DNA from: Octopus vulgaris
Lineage: Eukaryota
Assembly: GCA_951406725.2 (NCBI GenBank)
Contig: OX597814.1
Coordinates: 23,126,001-23,190,000 of the forward strand
Reading direction: 5' to 3'
DNA length: 64,000 nucleotides
The position numbers and the translations under genes were made by a program. This document shows positions 55,346 to 64,000 of this stretch, piece after piece. Below the pieces are notes generated by a model that saw nothing but the letters and a program-made list of their open reading frames with translations, had not been told where the DNA came from and made no database searches. Numbering within the stretch: position 1 is the first letter of the stretch; each line of letters opens with the position of its first letter.

Positions 55346-56472
55346 TACACACACACACACACACACTTAACTTCGTCATTTGGATATTGCAGATTTTTCT
55401 AACGCTGCATTCCTTTAATTTGAATATCAATAATTTCTGTGTTACACCAATTCATTTATGATTTCAGTTTCTTTTTTAGTGCTTCTATTGATGATGCTCC
55501 ACTTAATGTAACCCCTGTTTGCTTACAGATGTTATAAAAAACGATAAATATTTGTTCATATACATCAAACAATATTTTCTTGGTAACACATTGTATTAAT
55601 CACAATATATAAATGAAGTCACATACTTTTTTTTTATTGATTTATAAAGCAAGCTTGTAATACCTCAGTTGCAATTGATCACCAAATAATTTTGTAAGCA
55701 ATTTTTTTTTGAGTATTGGGATTAAAATGATTACATTGTGTTATTAAAAACATTATATTTACTTTTATTTTTGTACTAATTATGTTATTGCATATCAATG
55801 TCTTCTGCTGTACCTTAATGACTTGATCACTGACACTTTACATGTAAAGAGCTATTGATCTGTATCTGCTCTCTGATGCTAATGATGCCACTCCAGTCAG
55901 GAGACTTAAATCTAACGTAGTACAGTTCACCTAAAGAAGTAAAAGGCTGTGACATTTTTTGTACTTTTAGTAATCACTTTCTCTCTTACATTTCTCCCTT
56001 TATCATTCCTTCTGTATTTTCCACCAATATACTTGCCATCACCTCCCACAACCACCACTGACAAGTAACACTGTTGTCTCTAGACTATGAATACTTCAAC
56101 AACAGGCAATTTCATGCGTGCTTGCTGTGGTGAGCATTCCCATATGTACGAGAATCTATCAAACTATCTTTATAACTTTTCATATTTGCCAATATGAGAC
56201 ACAGAGCAAATACTGAAACACTCACACACACACATGCATGCACACAAACATACACAAATGAACGCTCAAAACTACACTCACAAACATGTGAAACCTGCAA
56301 TTTTGGTATACATACATAAATTAGATATCCCCTAATGTGCAAAAGTTCTTTTGAATCTTTCCTATGAATGAATGCACTTTTAAGTGGTTCAGCATATTTT
56401 GTATTACAATATTAATGTATTATATATTGTACTATTAAAACCCCATTATTTCATTATTTATATATTTTAATC

Positions 56473-56788
56473 CTGTTGTGTCTGGGGAGAGTCATTTTCT
56501 TTTTGTACCTTTTAATTTAACACACTCACCGGTAAAATTTCCACTTATTTTTTATTTTCATTTTCCTAAAATTTTCGTTGCATCTTGCAACTTTTTCAAT
56601 AGTCTGGCAACCTTTTCAAGAGTCAAGACTCTTGAAAAGATTGCTAGACGCAACGAATATTTTAGGAAAATAAAAATAAGAAATAAGTGGAAATTTTACC
56701 AGTGAGTGTGTTACATTATAAGGCACAAAAAGAAAATGACTCTCTCCAGACACAACAGAATATGCTTCAACACACGAACTCATAGAAG
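56473..56788. mobile_element. Palindromic (hairpin) Penelope-like element with hammerhead-like motifs
   Basis: 56473-56624 pairs with 56627-56758. The unpaired 3' extension is shared with the copy at 12801. Confidence 0.8.
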
Positions 56789-56844
56789 TCAAGTTTTGGC
56801 TGCTATTTCCAGCGTAGTGGTATCTCTTAGATACATACCTAAAT

Positions 56845-56920
<76 letters not shown>

Positions 56921-56957
56921 CATACATATATATATACATATATATATATATAAATAT

Positions 56958-57207
56958 GTAGAAGTGCGTGGCTTAGTGGTTAGGGTGTCAGCATCATGAT
57001 CATAAGATTGTGGTTTCGATTCCTGGACTGTGTGACTCATGCTCTTGAGCAAAACACTTCATTTCACATTGCTCCAGTCCACACAGCTGGCAAAAATGAG
57101 TAACACTGTGATGGACTGACGTCCATTCCAGCTAGGGGACATATACGCCATTGAAACCGGGCCCATGAGCCTGGCTATGCTTTAAAAGGGTGGATTTATT
57201 TATTTAT
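56958..57207 (+). mobile_element. tRNA-derived CORE/V-like SINE
   Basis: TGGCTTAGTGGTTAGGG A box, GGTTTCGATTCC B box, cttgagcaaaacactt core, (TTTA)n tail. Confidence 0.85.
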
Positions 57208-57484
57208 ATATAAATATATATTCAAGGTGCAGTGAATAAACTGTTGTCTAAATTATGTAAAAATGAAAATATTTCTGACATCTCATTTTAACAGATATAT
57301 TTACCAAAATTTTTAGGGTCAAGATTTGGCTGCTATTTCTAGCGTGGTGATATCTCTTAGATACCCTAAATTTTAATTTTAATAATAATTATCACCTTTG
57401 AAGGTTTTTATTCCCATGCTGGCCACTTGATAAGATTGATATTTAAATTAACGATTTTATCCTTATTTATATAAATTTATATAT

Positions 57485-57688
57485 GGGAGAGAGAGAGAGA
57501 GAGAGGCAGAGAGAGCGAGAAAAAGGGTGTGAGAGAGAGAGAGAGTGTGAGTGAGAGACTGTGAGAGAGAGAGAGAGAGAGAGATAGAGAGATAGATAGA
57601 CAGATAGATAGATAGATAGGTAGATAGATAGATAGATAGATAGATAGGTAGATAGATAGATAAATAGATAGATAGATAGATAGATAGG
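57485..57688. repeat. (GA)n/(GATA)n microsatellite
   Basis: Direct reading. Confidence 0.9.
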
Positions 57689-57689
57689 T

Positions 57690-57930
57690 GCAAAAAGCAC
57701 CAACTGATCATGGCCGTTGCCAGCCTCCCCTGGCACCTGTGCCAGTGGCACGTAAAAAGCACCCACTACACTCACAGAGTGGTTGGTGTTAGGAAGGGCA
57801 CCCAGCTGTAGAAACACTGCCAGATCAGACTGGAGCCTGGTGCAGCCTCCTTGCTTCCCAGCCCCCGGTCAAACCGTTCAAGCCATGCTAGCATGGAAAA
57901 CGGACGTTAAATGATGATGGTGATGATGAT
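57690..57930 (+). mobile_element. Family C element
   Basis: Family C core with (GAT)n tail. Confidence 0.85.
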
Positions 57931-58375
57931 ACACATACATATATATGTATTTATTATGGATGGGTATGTCTTTGCATTTGTGTTTCTCTCCCACCACTGT
58001 TTGATAATTAACGTTGGTTTGTTTACAACCCTATATTATGGCCTTCTTCTAGTTTCCATCAATCAAATTCACTCACATGACTACAGTAGAAAACATTTGC
58101 CCATGGTGCTTTGCAGTGGGTCTGAACCGGGAACCATGTAACTTGAAAGCAAACTTATCACTCAGCCACACCTGTGCCTATATACATATCTAATATGCTT
58201 CCATTGCCATGTCTATTTTGGAGAGGAAGACACACATTTAATTGTTTTCTATAAGAATTCTATAATTTAGCAGAGGTTTATTTTAGTATTTTCCCATTCA
58301 GCATCAGCTATTCTGATAAGAAGTGTAATATTAATTAAACACTTCCTGTCTTCTCATACCTCCTATTGTATTATA

Positions 58376-58416
<41 letters not shown>

Positions 58417-60374
58417 GCATGTGTGTGTGTGTGTGCATATATATATCTGGCCTGTGTTTGTGTGTTTACATTTATATATGTGTATGTATTTGCATACACA
58501 CAAACACACACACAAGTTTCTCTTATCAATAAATTTGTAGAACATTCTGTTCACTTCTATCTCAGCTGAATTAACTATATTCTACATACATTTGTACTTA
58601 TTCCTTTCATATAGCCTGAATGACATGTTCGAATTGCAACTTATTTTGAATCATCTACACAATCTTTTAATTGGTGAGGCTCATCCCAGTCATGACAAGG
58701 GAAAACAGAAATATATATTTTGCAGATAATTTCTACTGTATAAAATATTTATCTATTTATCTGTATGCTGTTCCTATTTTCTGTATCATGGTGAATATCC
58801 CAATTCTCAACACAACTATGAACAAAAACAAAAATGATGTTGATCATGATGATATTTATGGCTTATGCTATTTTATGCAATATAGCATAACAGCATCAAG
58901 TTGCTGGATTAATGCTCTCGATTTTTCTAGGTGCTAAATTAATACAAAATCTTTACTGGTGATATAATAGCATCAGTACATCACACACAAGGTATTCATG
59001 CCTCATGTTGTTATCTACAAAAACTCTTTCCTCCCAATTTCCTTCTGCTTAACACATCTAGATTCCAGGCTATCCATCTCTCATCATCACAACACAGTCA
59101 TGCATCAATGCACTGCACGGAAACCTTTTTACGAACTTAAAACGTCTCCCTGGAACTAGTTCCATTAAGAAGTTTTTAGACTTCAGCAATATCGCAATCA
59201 GTAAAACAGGTACTACAGTACGAACATTCCTGAAAACAAATTCAGATGCATCCAAAAAATATATCCACAAAACAGTTACAAAATATATCTCAACTAAACA
59301 ACAAGAAAAGCTGACTCAGTAAAAAATTAGAACAGTGTACAGTAAAATGCACTGTCAGCATATTTTTAATCTTTTATTCAGAGTGAAAGCAGTACTTATG
59401 ACTGTTACAGAATCTCCAAGACAGGTGAAGGGAAAGAGAAAGATATACTCAAACTGGAAACCTAGCCTAAATGCTTTGAACAGAATGGACTCTACAAAAA
59501 ATATCCAAGGTGCCTAGTAGTAGTATTGAACTGATAACTCAGTATAAAGCATTCTCCTGTCCAAATCACAATACAAATTTAGATCACTTGACTAATCATT
59601 AACATAATATAGTAGATCCAGAATGGCTTCAACAGCAATGAAATGACAAGCAGCATTCTACTCACCATTGGCATTAATACAACTTTGAATCCCTTTCTGA
59701 CTTTCAACTTATGGACAAAATACTTAACATGTTAACAAACAAAACAAAACATTAGCTAGTATACTACCAATCAAATCAACAAGCCTTTGTTGAGTTTTAC
59801 ACTCAATTCCTTCAGAATCAAGTCCTCTCACAATCAACAGTAACACCAAAGAACATGAAATGCAAGTTCCACACTTGACAGCATAAACATACCACTGATA
59901 AAGAAGACACAAATACTAGGAGTTACATATCATATTTCAAATTTCACTGCACATATAAAGGACAAAGAGTGCAAAATGGTATGTAAACATGCATAGATCT
60001 CTCTTTCACTCTCTCTGTCTCTGTCTGTCTGTCTCTCTCTCTCACACACACAAACTAATATGCCTCATAGAAAAAGCAACAAGAACAGGATGCAAATATT
60101 AGATCCATTGCAGATTATGTGAGAGTTGCCAAAGGTCTAGGTCCCTCTACAAGAAAATACAATAAATTACAAAGATTAAAAAATCAATGTTTTGCATGGT
60201 TATACAGGGGCTCATAAACTTAATACATAATGGAGTGAAAATACTAGAAGTAAAAGGCCATTGGACATTTAAGGAGCACTGTTTTTTCACTGTTGAAAGC
60301 TTCATTTCTTATGATCCATTCCACTGTACGAAAAATGCCTCCAAACACCCAAACACATATTCAGTACAGTAGAA

Positions 60375-61007
60375 CAGAGGTTCTCAAACATTTTGGGCCA
60401 CTGCCTGACTCATGGCCACATAATACCCTTAGCGTCCCCATGCCTATTTTCATGTATAAATAGATATTTTATATTTTACTAATTTACATATACTATGAGT
60501 CATTTGAAATTTAATATAATATTATATAATTTATATACAATACTATTTATTTATTTTATTTATGCACCCTTTTCGAGCCTAGCCAGGCTCATGGGCCTGG
60601 TTTTCCGGTTTCTGTGGCATATGTGTTCCCCCAGCTGGACAGGGTGCCAGTCCATCGCAGCATTACTCGAGAAACAGGAAGAAAGAGTGAGAGAAAGTTG
60701 GGGCAAAAGAGTACAACAAGGGTTGCCACCACCCCCTGCCAGAGCCTCATGGAACTTTAGGTGTTTTTGCTCAATAAACACACACAACACCTGGTCTGGG
60801 AATCGAAACCGCGATCCTCCAACCACAAGTCCGCTGCCCTAATCCCTGGGCCATTGCGCCTCCATGCAATACTATAATAATATTATAATAAATTCATAAC
60901 CTCCCCCAATCCACTGCCTTCCTCCCAACGCCTTCTTTTTCTCTACCGCCCCCTTTAAGCACCAGCACCCACATGGACTGTCTCAATGCTCACTTTGAGA
61001 ATCTATG
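60375..61007. mobile_element. hAT (Charlie-like) MITE containing a nested SINE
   Basis: TIRs CAGAGGTTCTCAAA / TTTGAGAATCTATG. 8-bp flanks cagtagaa / ctctagaa (NTCTAGAN-like target). Confidence 0.75.
60547..60865 (-). mobile_element. tRNA-derived SINE nested in the hAT MITE
   Basis: Minus strand GGCGCAATGGCCCAG...GGTTTCGATTCCC. TSD caatactat on both sides. 3' tail shared with the 56958 SINE. Confidence 0.85.
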
Positions 61008-62519
61008 CTCTAGAATATAAGAACATCCTAAGAACCTAATCTCTCTTGCTCAGCTGAATCAAAAAGGAAAAACATAGAAATAACTTCATTTACAATAACC
61101 TCCAACTCAGTACACTGCCAATGATAACTACATACTGAAATAGACTAGGCTGTGTAGAAAATATATTTCCAAATTGTCATATTGTACCCCATAGAATTCA
61201 CCACTGCATTTCACATGTGTTCAGTATGATCATCAGCTTCACAAGCATAGCATAACAGAAAAAAAACAAAAAAAAAACAGAGATTGATGGACCATTCTTA
61301 ATCATTTGTCTGCCTACCTGCTAACTGTAGATATGCACGCAATAATTTGATCATCCAACATTAACATCTACACATTACTCAATCCACATTAGTTATCATT
61401 GATGTCACTAATTTTAGTAGATACTTAATAACCTCACTTATTAGCCAACAGACAGAATATGATTCTCACAACTTCTATTCAAATTCATTTATTTATGAGT
61501 GTTGAAACTAATGAATGCATCATTTACTAATGTGGCTTGTACATACATTAATAGTGAAAGTGAATTCAACAGTTTTCTTTGAACATTAGAATAGGATTTT
61601 GGATATAAGCTTTTCTTTAGAGGTTTCATAATTCAGAATAATATATTTGTAGAAAATTAATGGAATTGCTGGTAGAGAAACAGTGATAATGAAGTATATA
61701 TGACTTTTGTCTTTTATTTCATATATACTAACAAAAAAGCAGATCACTTCCAATCTTTTTAGTGGAATGATGTAATAACAATTACGTAGTAGATGGTCTG
61801 TGGACACAAATTTGAGATAGGATAGAATTCACTATGGAATATCACAGATCATAATTTACAAGATCAGTCAAGACAAAGTTTACATAATTGTGTTCAGTAA
61901 TGCATATATATTTCTTTGTTTTACAAAGTTAACGGGATCATTTGTGCTATAGAAATGTTCATGTACATAGACTCTTTCTAAATTGTAGAGAAAAACATAT
62001 GCAAGGATATAAATGTCCATCAGTAAAGATAAAAATCATACAAAATACTTACATTTAAACTGATAGAAATTATTCTGTAGAGGCAAGACCAAAGCTAATG
62101 TTTAGCTATGAGAGAAGAAAAAGAAGAGAGAGAGAAAGACAGAGAGAGATAGGGACAGCCAAATAAGATAGCAGCTGCAAGTGATAGTTAAGAAAGGGTG
62201 AGGAAATCGTGAATTCTCTAAAATTGCCAAAATATAGCTCACAGACTAACAGTCTCTAGCTAAAATAACACATGGCAACATAGAAAATAGTCATGTATTC
62301 TATTTATCTTGGCCAAAAATGACTGAGCGGGAAACTGGCTAAAATGATATATGTGGCAAAACAGTGGAACTAAACTTGTCTCCATAAGGCCACTACAATG
62401 TATCCGCAAATATAAAATTTCTACCTATGAAATTTTGGAAATTGAAATCATTTGTTTTAAACACCAGTTGGACGAAAACTTTTTAAATAATTGTTTCTTT
62501 TTCAAAATTATATCAAATA

Positions 62520-62963
62520 GTGCCGGTGGCACACAAGAAAACCATCCGAACGTGGCCGTAGCCAGTACCGCATCGACTGGCCTCCGTGCTGTGGGCACGT
62601 AACAAACACCATCCGATCGTGGCCATTCGCCAGCCTCATCTGGCACCTCTGTTGGTGGCACATAAAAACACCATCCGAGCGTGGCTGTCTGCCAGCCCCG
62701 TCTGGCACCTGTGTCGGTGACACATAAAAAACACCATCTGAGCATGGCCGTTCGCCAGCCTCGTCTGGCACCTGTGTCAGTGGCACATAAAATCACCCAC
62801 TACACTCTCGGAGTGGTTGGCGTTAGGAAGGGCATCCAGCTGTAGAAACACTGCCAGATCTGACTGGCCTGGTGCAGCCTTCGGGCTCCCCAGACCCCAG
62901 TTGAACCGTCCAACCCATGCTAGCATGGAAAGTGGACGTTAAATGATGATGATGATGATGATG
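62520..62963 (+). mobile_element. Family C element with ~60-bp tandem subrepeats
   Basis: Repeated aacaccatccgagcgtggc...gccagcctcgtctggcacctgtg units, family C core, (GAT)n tail. Confidence 0.9.
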
Positions 62964-63192
62964 TTTTCTTCAATTTTATGTCTAATTTTCTTGTTTAAGA
63001 AGTGAACATGTGCAAAATATTGATATTCATATCTAATCTTACATGAATATTTTGTCAATGCTCAAAGTACTGCATCAAAACAGTGTAAGGATAGTTGTTT
63101 TATGTAGATAGCCTAATGATATGACTTGTTATACTGTACAAGAAAACAGTTGCTCTCATTCATACATTTTTACATGTTTTACCACGCTAGCA

Positions 63193-63603
63193 TTCTTTTA
63201 TTCTTTTACTCTTTTACTTGTTTCAGTCATTAGACTGCGGCCATGCTGGAACACCACCTTTAGTCGAGCAAATCGTCCCCAGGACTTATTCTTTGGAAGC
63301 CTAGTACATATTCTATCGGTTCTCTTGCCAAACTGCTAAGTGACGGGGACGTAAACACACCAGCATCGGTTGTCAAGCGATGTTGGGGGGGACAAACACA
63401 GACACACAAACAAACATACACACATATATATATCTATATACGATGGGCCTCTTTCAGTTTCCGTCTACCAAATCCACTCACAAGGCTTTGGTCGGCCCGA
63501 GGCTATAGTAGAAGACACTTGCCCAAGGTACCGTGCAGTTGGACTGGACCAAGAACCATGTGGTTGGTAAGCAAGCTACTTACCACACAGCCACTCCTGC
63601 ACC
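63193..63603 (-). mobile_element. SINE family A (full length, reference copy)
   Basis: Minus strand GGAGTGGCTGTGTGGTAAG A box, tRNA-like head, internal (TA/TG)n, (AAAAGAGT)n tail. Confidence 0.9.
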
Positions 63604-63934
63604 TATGGGTAAGAAAATATATTATTGAGGCATCGATTTATAGCTGGACGGTCCTCTTGTTGCTAACTCTTACTTGTTCTTCAAATAAGGGATCTCTTAT
63701 TTTACATCTCTTCAAAGGCTGAAAGCCAGTAAATAGTTTGTTTATGGGAAAATGACAATGACATCACTGATTGCAGCTCAGTGATTTTCATAGAAGAGCA
63801 ATGTTAACAAACATGCAGCAATCATGTACATGCATGCACAAATGTACATGCACACACACGTATGTGCATGTGCATACATACACACATGCATGCATGTGTA
63901 CGTGCACACACACAAAACACAAATATATATATAT

Positions 63935-64000
63935 ATGGTAAGTAGCTTGCTTACTAACCACACGGTTCTGGGTTCAGTTCCATGGCATGGCACCTTGGGC
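63935..64000 (+). mobile_element. SINE family A head, truncated by the window edge
   Basis: tggtaagtagcttgcttactaaccacacggttctgggttcagttcc. Confidence 0.8.

Noticed and set aside
56960-57030. tRNA genes (also ~45020-45085 and ~60795-60865)
   Set aside because: A/B boxes run straight into SINE bodies and tails; I could not see a complete cloverleaf.

Overview
AT-rich, microsatellite-dense eukaryotic DNA. The SINE and retroelement families look like those of octopus (cephalopod); this is inferred from repeat content. I find no convincing host protein-coding exon, so the window reads as intergenic or deep intron. Most of the supplied ORFs are microsatellite or SINE artefacts. The real coding signals are decayed transposon fossils: a maT/DD37D-like Tc1/mariner transposase, several RTE-clade LINE 3' ends, a cluster of R4/Dong-type RLE LINE fragments in (TAA)n, a possible hAT dimerisation domain and a probable Maverick/Polinton pPolB relic. 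Non-autonomous elements include several tRNA-derived SINE families, a Helitron, hAT and piggyBac MITEs, and long fold-back elements. The most unusual signals are: (i) at least three short Penelope-type retroelements carrying minimal type-I hammerhead-ribozyme folds with non-canonical cores, one in a self-complementary palindrome; (ii) several long dsRNA-forming inverted repeats; (iii) a duplicated site hit by two different retroelements at almost the same base; (iv) possible minus-strand non-coding exons leading into the transposase relic. Coordinates were read by eye and may be off by some bases.
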